Shown here: positions 53,611-64,000 of the stretch, in pieces
How the letters are laid out: the number at the start of each line of letters is the position of its first letter
Position numbering within the stretch: the stretch's first letter is position 1
DNA from: Octopus sinensis
Lineage: Eukaryota
Assembly (NCBI RefSeq): GCF_006345805.1
Contig: NC_043011.1
Coordinates: 2,914,001-2,978,000, forward strand
Direction of reading: 5' to 3'
DNA length: 64,000 nucleotides
The notes under the pieces: model-generated
Databases searched by the model: none
What the model saw: only the letters and a program-made list of their open reading frames with translations
What the model was told of the DNA's origin: nothing
Position numbers and translations under genes: made by a program

Positions 53611-53970
53611 TCATCATACCTGATAGAGTGCCCATCAGTATACATACACACAAACACCACACACATGCACGCTTGCACACACACACATTTTTTTTTTTTA
53701 AGTTTCATCTCAGAGCTGTGGCCCTTCAGTTTACATGGTTTTGCTGGATTTCTTTGAGGCAGATTTTCTACAAATAGAGAGAGGCCTTGAGTCAACAAGT
53801 TTTGGGATCTGATGATATGCTGTAAAGCTAAGCACTTTATGGATGTGAAACCCAGGGTAATCCCATAGACCAGCCTTATCTAACTTTATTTATGTTATAT
53901 TCTGCTCTTAGAATGTGCTTCTTTTTCGGCTTTATGTTTTACCATTGATCGATATCTATCTATCTATCTA

Positions 53971-54007
<37 letters not shown>

Positions 54008-54034
54008 ATACACACACACACACACACACACATG

Positions 54035-54205
54035 TAGTCAAATCAAATAAGCAAACATGGAAAACAACAATAATAAAACAGCAAGAAGACATGCACATGG
54101 TATGTATCAGTTTGACGCTCAGTAAAGGTGGAAAAAAAGAGAGGGATTTTGATGTTTCGAGCATAGCTCTCTGTCAGAAAAGGAAACGGAAACTCCAGAG
54201 AAGGA
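54035..54205 (-). mobile_element. Solo repeat with decayed minimal hammerhead motif (54147-54181)
   Basis: Minus strand: tttt CTGACAG a gagc-tat-gctc GAAA ca TC aaaa; 3' end abuts (CA)n/(TA)n. Confidence 0.5.
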
Positions 54206-54239
54206 AAAATATCACCAACAGCACATGTGGTGAGATGGT

Positions 54240-54520
54240 AAACATTGTCCTTTATGTTGAAAGTGACGAACGTTCTGGGATCCCAGCCACCAACAGATCT
54301 GAGAAAAACATCACAGATGTTCATACAGCTGTGAGGGGGACATTGTCAAATTCCCATCCGTGAATTATCAGAGGATGTGCAGATTAGTTATGGTTCATTG
54401 CAGTCCATTATCACTGAAGATTTGGGTATGAGATGCATGTCTGCCAAGTTTGCATCAAAATAGCTTTCAGCTGACCAAAAGGACACTCAGGTTTCAGTTG
54501 CGCAAAATCTCCTTTGAAAA
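54240..54520 (+). mobile_element. Mariner transposase N-terminal (HTH) fragment
   Basis: VESDERSG.P...IRELSEDVQISYGSLQSIITEDLGMR..SAKF...LSADQK. Confidence 0.75.
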
Positions 54521-55448
54521 CCTTGTGTAGGCTTCTGAGCAGGTATCTCTATCCCCAAGCTTTTGGTAAAGTTTGATGCAGATTCTCTGCCTAACTTTCT
54601 TTTGTATAAGATTAATATTAGACTTATGCAACACAAAAATGGAAGTAGCAAGCATTTAATAGCAAATTGTTTCTGCACCAGACAGCTTTATGTTGCTGAT
54701 TTTATGTTCATATATCATTATATAAGATTATTCTTAAGAATAACTATATAAATAGATAACTATGATCCAGCAACAGCTGTGCGTTGGTGCTTTCTCAAGT
54801 AGAATGTGATCAAAAGTAGTTGGATTTTTTTGAATCCCTCATATATACCATGTTGATTTTTCTTCACTAGTCAGTTCATAAGTTTCTGAGCTGCACATAC
54901 TGTGGTACTAACACAAAAACAAATACAAAAGTAAGATCATAATAATAGTGTGAACAACATTAACAAACCAAAATAAGAGTGACCCTAATGATTCCAATAA
55001 TAATAAAAGTAACAGCAGAATCAAATCTGTTTGAGTGGTAGTGAAGAAAAATAAAATCAAAAATAAAACTCAACGATGTTTTTACCAATCAAATGGACAA
55101 AGTGTGTCAATGAAGTACAAAAGAATTAATAAAACTACAAATTCTTTTATTCCCATATTTTTTACATCCACTTTTACCTCATATATATATATATATATAT
55201 GCATCATACACACTCTATCATTCCTAGTTGTTGTAACTAACTGATGTAACATATGGGCTTTTGTGGTTTTCAGATGATTTGAAGAACAGAAAGAAGTTAC
55301 AATAGTTCTCTGTTTTCATGGCTGTGCATTTTTTTCAACCCTAAACATCTATTTTGTATCATCTATTATCATTATGTTTTCCTGTTGTTTGGCTTCAAAT
55401 GGCCCTTGTGAACCCTGCTTACTTGTAGTCTTAATTCCTTTTCTACAT

Positions 55449-55832
55449 AACTCTTTTACTCTTTTACTTGTTTCAGTCATTTGACTGTGGCCATGCTGGA
55501 GCACCACCTTTAGTTGAGCAAATCGACCCCGGGACTTATTCTTTGTAAGCCCAGTACTTATTCTATCGGTCTCTTTTGCCGAACCGCTAGGTGACGGGGA
55601 CGTAAACACACCAGCATCGGTTATCAAGCAATGCTAGGGGGAACAAACACAGACACACAAACACATACACACACACTTATATATATATACATATATACGA
55701 CAGGCTTCTTTCAGTTTCCGTCTACCAAATCCACTCACAAGACATTGGTCGGCCCGGGGCTCACGCAGTGGGACTAAACCTGGAACCATGTGGTTGGTTA
55801 GCAAGCTACTTACCACACAGCCACTCCTGCAC
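55449..55832 (-). mobile_element. SINE-A
   Basis: Intra-window homology. Confidence 0.9.
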
Positions 55833-55877
<45 letters not shown>

Positions 55878-55959
55878 CCTGTTTATTTACTTTTGCTCTT
55901 GCTTTTTAAACATACATGTGCAACATCATACACTTACATTTTTTAAAATCTAGATTCAC

Positions 55960-56354
55960 ACTCATACATGTTCATAAACTCTCTGCTCCCGCTGCCGATC
56001 TTTGACCAGTCTTCCCTTACTCAAACATGTGGTTTGTTTACTGCCTGTGTGCTCATTTTTTCACATCCACTTTTACCTCATCTGTGTCATGAAATCTTTG
56101 ATTCCTAAAACAGTCCTTCATTGGATAAAACAGGCAGAAATTAGAGAGCCCCTGATCCGTGCTTTGTGGTGGAAGGGGAAACACTGACCAGTCCAATTTA
56201 TCAGTTGCTTGATTTGCTGCTGAATATGTGTTTGATCGCACATTGTTTGATCATGGTGAAGAAAGATTTTTTCAGATTTTTGTCTGGTCTCTTTTTCCTG
56301 ATGGCTTTCCTATGTGTTTTGAGTGTTTCAATGCACACAAACACATCCCAGAAT

Positions 56355-56396
<42 letters not shown>

Positions 56397-57100
56397 GTTT
56401 AACGTCCGCTTTCCATGCTAGCATGGGTTGGACGGTTCAACTGGGGTCTGGGAAGCCAGAAGGCTGCACCAGGCCCAGTCTGATCTGGCAGTGTTTCTAC
56501 AGCTAGATGCCCTTCCTAACGCCAACCACTCCGAGAGTGTAGTGGGTGATTTTATGTGCCACCGACACAGGTGCCAGACGAAGCTGGCGAACGGCCACGC
56601 TCGGATGGTGTTTTTTATGTGCCACCGACACCAATGAGAATAATGTCCATGTCATTCTCCTAAACAGTCACCACAACTTTGTGCCAATCACTGGCTTTTG
56701 ACTTTCTTAGGCCTTGGTGGAGAGATGTAACACCTTTCCATGGATTAAGCTTTCATTTCTGGATCAGGAAGATATGCACCATGTTTCATCCCCTGTCAAC
56801 CAATCACAAAAAAAAGCAAGACGTCTTCATTGGTTTCAAACTCTTCCAGCAGATTAAAGCAAACTTCCACTGTTCTATCTTTCAAATTGGGTATCAACTG
56901 CCTTGGTACCCACGTTGCACATACTTTCTGATCCCCAAATTCTTCCATCACCTTCTAGACTGTACTGTGACCACAGTTCAGTTGTACAGCAAGCTCATGG
57001 ATTGTACTCCTTTTGTGCACACAAATCATCTCATCCACTTAATGGTGATTCATGTCAATGGTCACGCTTGGTAGTTTCCCATTACATTATTTGTTTGTGC
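55960..57100 (-). mobile_element. Mariner relic interrupted by a SINE-D (56355-56632)
   Basis: Right part reads CATWVPRQL...PRPKK; left part reads RKAIRKKRP...LDWSVFPLPP...FCLFYPMKD...RFHDTDEVK; the two parts are colinear. Confidence 0.8.
56355..56632 (-). mobile_element. SINE-D inserted in mariner
   Basis: Intra-window homology. Confidence 0.9.
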
Positions 57101-57171
57101 TGCTAGTTTGTCTTTCTTTAAACATTTTTATCATGCAGATTCATTAAGCATTCCATATTTCTAGAAAACTA

Positions 57172-57570
57172 ACAGGTGCAAGTGTGGCTAAGTGATAAGA
57201 GGCTTGCTTCCCAACCACATAGTCCTGATTTCAGTTCCACTGCATGGCACCTTGGGCAAGTGTCTTCTACCAGAGCCCCTAGCTGGCCAAAGCATTGTGA
57301 GTGGATTTAGTAGATGGAAACTGAAAGAATCTCATCACATGTGTGTGTGTGTGTGTGTGTGTGTCTTTGTGTCAGTGTTTATCACCCATCACTGCTTGAC
57401 AACTGGCGTTGATGTGTTTACATACCTGTAACTTGGCAGTTTGGCAAAGAGACTGGTAGAATAAGTATCAGGCTTAAAAACTAAAAAAGTTCTGAGGTTG
57501 ATACATCCAACTAAAAATTCTTCAAGGCAGTGACCCAGCATGGCCCCAGTCTAATGACTGAAACAAGGAG
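57172..57570 (+). mobile_element. SINE-A, older
   Basis: Intra-window homology. Confidence 0.8.
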
Positions 57571-57890
57571 CACTCTATTGGTTACAACGGTTAAGGTCCC
57601 AGTTGATACAATCAATGGAACAGCTTGCTCATGGAATTAATGTGTAAGTGGCTGAGCACTCCACAGACACAGGTACCCTTAATGCAGTTCTCAGGGAGAA
57701 TTCAGCGTAACACAGAGTGTGACAAGGCTGGCCCTTTGAAATACAGGTACAACTCATTTTTGCCAGCTGAGTGGACTGGAGCAATGTGAAATAAAGTGTC
57801 TTGCTCAAGGACATAACACAGTTGCCGGGAATTGAACTTATGACCTTACAATCGGGAGTGAAATGCCCTAACCACTAAGCCACACACCTT
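57571..57890 (-). mobile_element. SINE-B-related older copy
   Basis: Decayed head and type i tail. Confidence 0.65.
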
Positions 57891-59149
57891 CATGACTCAA
57901 AGAAGTAAAAGATAAAAGATGAAAGAATCTGTGCACATTGCTATTGCCAAAGGTCTTATTCCCATAAACAACATGTGGCCTTCTGTGGATTTCAGACAGC
58001 CTGCACTCCTTCATCAGAACTCAACGAGGGCCCAATGCTTCTTCTTTGGACCCATTATCTGCAAGCAGTGAAAAGAGACAGAAAAAGGAGTTACTAGGGA
58101 GGAAAAGTTACAAAGTCACATACCAACGTGTGTGATTTGAATGACCTAATTGAGATAATAAAGAAGTTATGACCTACTTAGCTTTACTTTTGATATAAGC
58201 CTTGTACTGCATTTATACTTCTTTGTTGTTGCTTCAAATAGGTTAGAAAATGTGCAAAAAGAGTAGAAAAATTTCTAGTCTCACAGGTTTCACTTGTAAA
58301 TAATCTTTATTTCTTGGGGAAATGGAAAGAAAATTGTTGTGATTTTGTGATTTTCCTTTATGTACATTCTAATATTATGTGAAGTGAATTTATTTCTGAA
58401 ATTGAACTAATCAATTTAGTTTTTAAAGATTTATTCATGATTCTAACTTAAGAGGTTCCAATTAATGAATTATCAAAAAATCATTTTTCAGGATATATTG
58501 TCAGGAATTATTGAAAAAACTAGAATGCTAATTTGAGTCATTGCAATGGTTTTGTCATTTTAATTTTCTTTTTTATTGAGACAGAAAAACATTTTGCTTT
58601 CTTTCACATTTTAGATTTAAAAAAAAAAATGTATCTGCAAAATTCACAAGATTAATATATTGATTCAATCACATTAATGTCTTTGAGGGAGGAAAAGCAA
58701 TGTTCAATACTTAATGGTTTTCTTTATTAAGTTTTAATTTAAAATATTTCATATCTGAAGATAATAGTCAAGTTTTCTGTACATGTAAATGCTCTCTAAA
58801 ATTTTCCAAAATTTTCTATAAAAACAAGCTTTCTGTCATTTGAAGGGAATTTTTATCAATCATTTTTTAAACTACATTTTGTTTTGTGCAGCATAATACT
58901 ATTAATAGTAGTGATAAAGTCGAATCAGCATGATCAGGTTTTTCACTCAAACTCATGCAAAATTTATGCTATCATGACATTCAGACACCATTTAACTTAA
59001 AGTATTTGTTGCATATCCACTAGATGTCCATCATTAAAGAAAACCCGTTACTTGGGCTTAAAATGAATCTTTTAATACATTTTAGAAATGCATAAATTTA
59101 TGATATAACAGATATCTGTATACATACATAAATATATACATACATAATG

Positions 59150-59490
59150 CATGGCACCTTGAGCAAGTGTCTTCTACTATAGCCTCGGGCCGACCAAAGC
59201 CTTGTGAGTGGATTTGGTAGACGGAAACTGAAAGAAGCCCATCGTATATATGTATATATATATGCGTGTATGTGTTTGTGTGTCTGTGTTTGTCTCCCAC
59301 AACATCGCTTGACAACCGATGCTGGTGTGTTTATGTCCCCGTTACTTAGTGGTTCGGCAAAAGAGACTGATAGAATAAGTACTGGGCTTACAAAAGAATA
59401 AGTCCCGGGGTCGATTTGCTCGATTAAAGGCGGTGCTCCAGCATGGCCGCAGTCAAATGACTGAAACAAGTAAAAGAAAAGAAAAGAATA
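59150..59490 (+). mobile_element. SINE-A, 5'-truncated
   Basis: Intra-window homology. Confidence 0.9.
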
Positions 59491-59507
59491 AATACATACA
59501 TATGTGT

Positions 59508-59808
59508 GGAGGTGCAATGGCCCAGTGGTTAGGGCAGCGGACTCGCGGTCGTAGGATCGCGGTTTCGATTCCCAGACCGGGCGTTGTGAGTGTTTATTGA
59601 ACGAAAACACCTAAAGTTCCACGATGCTCCAGCAGGGGGTGGTGGCGATCCCTGCTGTACTCTTTTGCCACAACTTTCTCTCACTCTTTCTTCTGCTGGC
59701 CTGTTCGCTTAGCCAGCGGGGTGGCGTCATTTGAAGGCTAAAACAATGCGAAGTGCATTGTGACCAGCGATGTGTAGCAACATCTGATAGCCTGGTCAGT
59801 CACGGTGA
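59508..59808 (+). mobile_element. SINE-B, tail type ii
   Basis: Homology to 6973-7236. Confidence 0.9.
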
Positions 59809-59990
59809 CATACATATGTATGTGTATGTATGTGGGTTGGTTTTTTTTTGTGATTTTCACCTACCTTTAATGATCACTCTCTGTCTTTCTATAATCACAT
59901 CTGTTGCCACCTACAAACATAACATTTCTATAGAGTGACAGAACCAACTAACAAAACGAAGTGATCTGAGACTACCTTTCAGCTAAAGAG

Positions 59991-60135
59991 ATCATCATCA
60001 TCATCATTTAGCGTTCGTTTTCCATGCTAGCATGGGTTGGACGGTTCAACTGGGGTCTGTGAAGCCGGAAGGCTTCATCAGGCCCAGTCAGCTCTGGCAG
60101 TGTTTCTACAGCTGGATGCCCTTCCTAACGCCAAT
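59991..60135 (-). mobile_element. SINE-D 3' part
   Basis: Intra-window homology. Confidence 0.8.
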
Positions 60136-60748
60136 ATCTGAGCATAAATTGTTAATAATAAAATTGGAAAAAAAAATTTTAATCATTGATAAAATTATTA
60201 TATTCAAACACACACAATACTCAAACACACACGCACACAAACACTCAAACATGCACATACATACAAATGCACATCTTGGAACAGAGTAGGAAAGAGTTGG
60301 TGTTTGTTGAGGATGCATGAAGATATAATTACAAACATTTAAATGCATACATCTGTACATATCTGTATGTATCTTTTATTGCTTTCAGTCATGGACTGTG
60401 ACCATGCTGGAGTCACATCTTCTGGATTCTTTTGTCTGGTATTTATTTGTTGATGGATTGGCAGAATCAATGGAACATTGGACAAAATGGTCCAGTGATA
60501 TTTAAATATGTCTCTCTCTCTATGTTTTGAGTTCCAATCCCACCAAAGAAAACTTTGCCTTTTCTCCTTCTGAGAGTTATTAAAATAGAACATTAGTCAA
60601 GTACTAATTCAGGCTGGATGTGAATAGAATACACCTTTTTCTTTTATTTGTTTCAGTCATTTGACTGTGGCCATGCTGGAGCACCACCTTGAAGAGTTTT
60701 AGTTGAAATAATCAACCTCAGGACATTTTTTTATAGCCTAGTACTTAA

Positions 60749-60962
60749 CCCTTTAGTGTTCACATTATTCTGCCAAAATTAATGCTTCTTCATCCACATT
60801 GTTTTGAATTAATAATGCATTATCTTGTAGCTATAAGATTTCAATGAGTTAGCTGTTAATTTTTAAGATGAAATTGTAGGGTTGGTGTGAGAGACCAGAT
60901 CTGGCCAGTTTGAACAGGCAGAATATTTTTGGCTGGATATGGCCAGTTTAAATGCTAAAGGG
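60749..60962. mobile_element. piggyBac-type MITE
   Basis: ccctttag/ctaaaggg termini with TTAA on both sides. Confidence 0.85.
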
Positions 60963-61128
60963 TTAATCACACAGGAGTGGCTGTGTGATAAGAAGCTTGC
61001 TTCTTAACCACATGGTTCTGAGTTCAGTCCCTCTGCATGGCACCTTGGGCAAGTGTCTTCTACTATAGCCTCAGGCTGACCAAAGCCTTGTGAATGGATT
61101 TGGTAGACGTAAACTGAAAGAAGCCTGT

Positions 61129-61161
<33 letters not shown>

Positions 61162-61165
<4 letters not shown>

Positions 61166-61458
61166 AATAAGCAACAAGGATATCCAAGGTAGTGTAGTAC
61201 CATCGTTTCATGCTACTTCATTTTATTAAACACTGTAAGTATTATATTCAGTTTTAAAATGTCGAGCAATCTTCAGCCACATATAGAATGAAATAAGTAT
61301 AAAAATGTGCATTGTCTGTTTAATTAAAAAAATTTATATGTGGCTGAAGATTGCTTGACATTTTAAAACTGAATATAATACTTACAGTGTTTAATAAAAT
61401 GAAGTAGCATGAAACGATTGTACTACTCTACCTTGAATATCCTTGTTGATTATTTTGA
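61162..61458. mobile_element. Fold-back element H5 (124-bp arms, 49-nt loop), both arms with a hammerhead motif
   Basis: 61162-61285 vs 61335-61458 are reverse complements with 5 substitutions; inserted in the internal (TA)n of a SINE-A. Confidence 0.9.
61340..61426 (+). ncRNA. Hammerhead ribozyme motif (H5 right arm)
   Basis: gtgg CTGAAGA (61344-50) t-tgct...agca-t GAAA (61411-14) cgattg TA ctac; long bulged stem II; U.U mismatch at 10.1-11.1. Confidence 0.65.
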
Positions 61459-61569
61459 TTATAATCACACCATTTGATTTATATGGATAATACCATACAA
61501 AATTCTGGCGCCTTTAACTTAAGTACCATATTCATCTGAATCTAAATTTTGCTGAACTTATATATATAT

Positions 61570-61602
<33 letters not shown>

Positions 61603-61997
61603 TCAAAATAAGCAACAAGGATATCCAAGGTAGTGTAGTACCATCGTTTCATGCTACTTCATTTTATTAAACACTGTAAGTATTATATTCAGTTTTAAAA
61701 TGTCGAGCAATCTTCAGCCACATATAGAATGAAATAAGTATAAAAATGTGCATTGTCTGTTTAATTAAAAAAATTTATATGTGGCTGAAGATTGCTTGAC
61801 ATTTTAAAACTGAATATAATACTTACAGTGTTTAATAAAATGAAGTAGCATGAAACGATTGTACTACTCTACCTTGAATATCCTTGTTGATTATTTTGAT
61901 TATAATCACACCATTTGATTTATATGGATAATACCATACAAAATTCTGGCGCCTTTAACTTAAGTACCATATTCATCTGAATCTAAATTTTGCTGAA

Positions 61998-62069
<72 letters not shown>

Positions 62070-62304
62070 GGTAGGTAGGTAGGTAGGTAGGTAGTTGTGT
62101 GTCAGTGTTTATCCCCCCACCATCGCTTGAGAACTGATGTTGGTGTGTTTACATCCCTGTCACTTAGTGGTTCAGCAAAAGAGACCGATAAAATTAGTAC
62201 TAGACTTACAAAGAATAAGTCCTGGATTGATTTGTTCGACTAAAGGCGGTGCTCCAGCATGACTGAAATAAGTAAACGAATAAAAGAATAAAAGAATTAT
62301 ATCG

Positions 62305-63250
62305 GTCTCTTTTGCCAAACTGCTATGTTACAGAGATGTAAATACACCAACACTGGTTGTGAAGCAGTGATGGAGGAAGAAACACAAAGACACACACACA
62401 CATAGATGCACGCACACACACACACATAGACAAGAGGAAGCCAAAAATTATCCGCACTTTCACCATAACATAAATTTATTATTGTCACACTGCCTTCTGC
62501 GCATGAGTGCTTATAGTTGGTACTATTGTCGTCATATGATCGAAGTTTGAGTTTGATCATACCATTTTTCTTTCAGCTTTACCGTGTAAGTATGGCTGCT
62601 CCACTAGCAATGTGGACCAAAGAAGAACAGAGAGCAGTGATCCAAGAGATTGTAATGGTGAACTGTTTCGCCATTACCATCTCTTGAGCTAGCTAAATCT
62701 TCTCATCAGTGGTGGAGGTTGATGGGCGACCTGCTCCCTCTTTGCGTATCATGATGGTCCAGCCACTTTTAAACTTCTCGATTCACTCATACACATATCT
62801 ACACAGTAGTGCTCTGTTCCAGTATTGTGCTAAAAGCCTCCGATGGATTTCAGCACCTGACACACTTTTTGACCAGACAAATCAGATCACTGCACTTTGT
62901 TCTTCTTTGGTGCACATTGTTAGTGGAGCAGCCATACTTGCACTGTACAGTCAGAAACAAAAATGGCTCAATCAGACTCAAACTTCGATCATGTGGCCGC
63001 AAGAGTACTAATTATAAGCGCTCATGTGTAGAAGGCAGTGTGACAATAATAAAGATGTTTTTTGACTTCCCTTCATAAATATATATATATGTATGTGTGT
63101 GTGTGTGACGAGCTTCTTTCAGTTTCCATTTATCAAATCTACCCACAAGGCTTTGGACAGTTCAAGGCTTTAGTAGAAGACACTTGCCCAATGTGCAACA
63201 CAATGAGATAGAACCTAGAACCATATGGTTGGGAACCAAGCTTCTTCAGA
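62305..63250 (-). mobile_element. SINE-A (tail 62305-62400, head 63085-63250) hosting the mariner fold-back element
   Basis: Both halves are colinear with SINE-A in minus orientation. Confidence 0.65.
62430..63077. mobile_element. Mariner-derived fold-back element made of two inverted 5' ends with a hairpin junction
   Basis: Plus-strand ATG 62592 MAAPLAMWTKEEQRAVI; minus-strand ATG 62935 MAAPLTMCTKEEQSAVI*F...GRPSTSTTDEKI; both preceded by homologous TIR and UTR; 20-bp hairpin 62643-62686. Confidence 0.85.
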
Positions 63251-64000
63251 TAATATAACTAGAATGTAAAAGAGCATGACCTTATGCCGCAATATGTTTT
63301 ACCAACATCCCTTACCGATGTATGTATACACACCCAAATACATATGCACATACTTATGTATATATAAAAGCCTATGTTGTTATTTTGTTTGTTGGTTTTG
63401 TCACATTGTAAGAATATCAGACACACACACACACACACACACCTACACACACACGCATACACACACACACACACTCATAGCACACACATACACACCTTTA
63501 AATAGAACCTCTCATTTTTGAAAAGTATTATGTCAGCCTATACATATTTTAAATATATTTTTTGTTTGTTTAAAAAAATCTTAATGTATAAAGAAATATT
63601 ACCAATTAATTTTTTTTAAAGTTAGCACTGAAATTTATTGTCACTCAATCATATTTTTTATTCTTGTTTTGTTTCTACTAACAAGTTCTATTGCTTACCA
63701 AAGTCATGATAAATAGAATCAATCTAATGATAAAAGTAATAAGAAAAAAAAGAAACAAATAAAAGATCTCCACAAGAAAAAGAATCACAATTTCCATTGA
63801 TGTTCAAAAGACTGATATTCTTTAATCTTCTAGATATTAACTAAAAATGCCAATAAGTTGTAGATCGACTATTTCCTTTTCACCATTTATCACTGCTTCT
63901 GGTTATAAATCTCAAGAAATTACATCACACGAACTTGATTTTTATGCATACATGTTGGTTAAGTTCTTTCAGCACACATACATAAACTCTCTCTTTTCTG

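Larger units (their letters stand above)
61161..62000 (+). repeat. Exact tandem duplication: two 399-bp units (61161-61559 and 61602-62000), each containing H5, separated by (TA)n
   Basis: Period 441; I found no differences between the units on manual comparison. Confidence 0.95.
60968..62296 (+). mobile_element. SINE-A (head 60968-61130, tail 62096-62296) hosting the duplicated H5 in its TA tract
   Basis: Both halves are colinear with intact SINE-A copies. Confidence 0.75.

Noticed and set aside
57985-58020. CTGATGA...GAAA on the minus strand
   Set aside because: Stem II is only 3 bp, and there is no stem III, UH site or stem I; chance match. The nearby strong acceptor at 58059 leads to stops within 15 codons and cannot be assigned.

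Overview
AT-rich eukaryotic, repeat-dense, mostly non-coding DNA. The short interspersed element (SINE) families resemble those I recall from Octopus, so the taxon is inferred by recognition, not by search. No intact protein-coding gene is demonstrable; almost all ORFs in the track are microsatellite or repeat artefacts. Contents: about 35 copies of four SINE families (my labels A-D), 3' fragments of several LINE clades (two CR1-like, RTE, Dong/R4, one further CR1/L2-group), a decayed Ty3/gypsy (Mag-like) gag-pro-RT-RNaseH, Tc1 and several mariner relics, hAT-, Merlin- and piggyBac-type non-autonomous elements, a small Helitron, and a CpG-rich promoter-like region with a candidate minus-strand first exon near 47.4-48.2 kb. 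Main discovery: five unrelated-sequence fold-back elements (H1 10309-10621, H2 44274-44754, H3 50557-50806, H4 50871-51525, and H5 61162-61458 plus an exact copy at 61603-61899), most abutting (TA)n tracts. Each is an inverted pair whose arms have the architecture of a minimal type I hammerhead ribozyme: stem I - 7-nt core - stem II - GAAA - palindromic stem III - UH - stem I'. All point outward from the centre. The cores differ, and the differences include the compensatory U3:A8 variant and probably G3:C8. Three decayed solo copies also occur. This looks like a dense population of Penelope-like or retrozyme-type ribozyme insertions held inside their own antisense hairpins.
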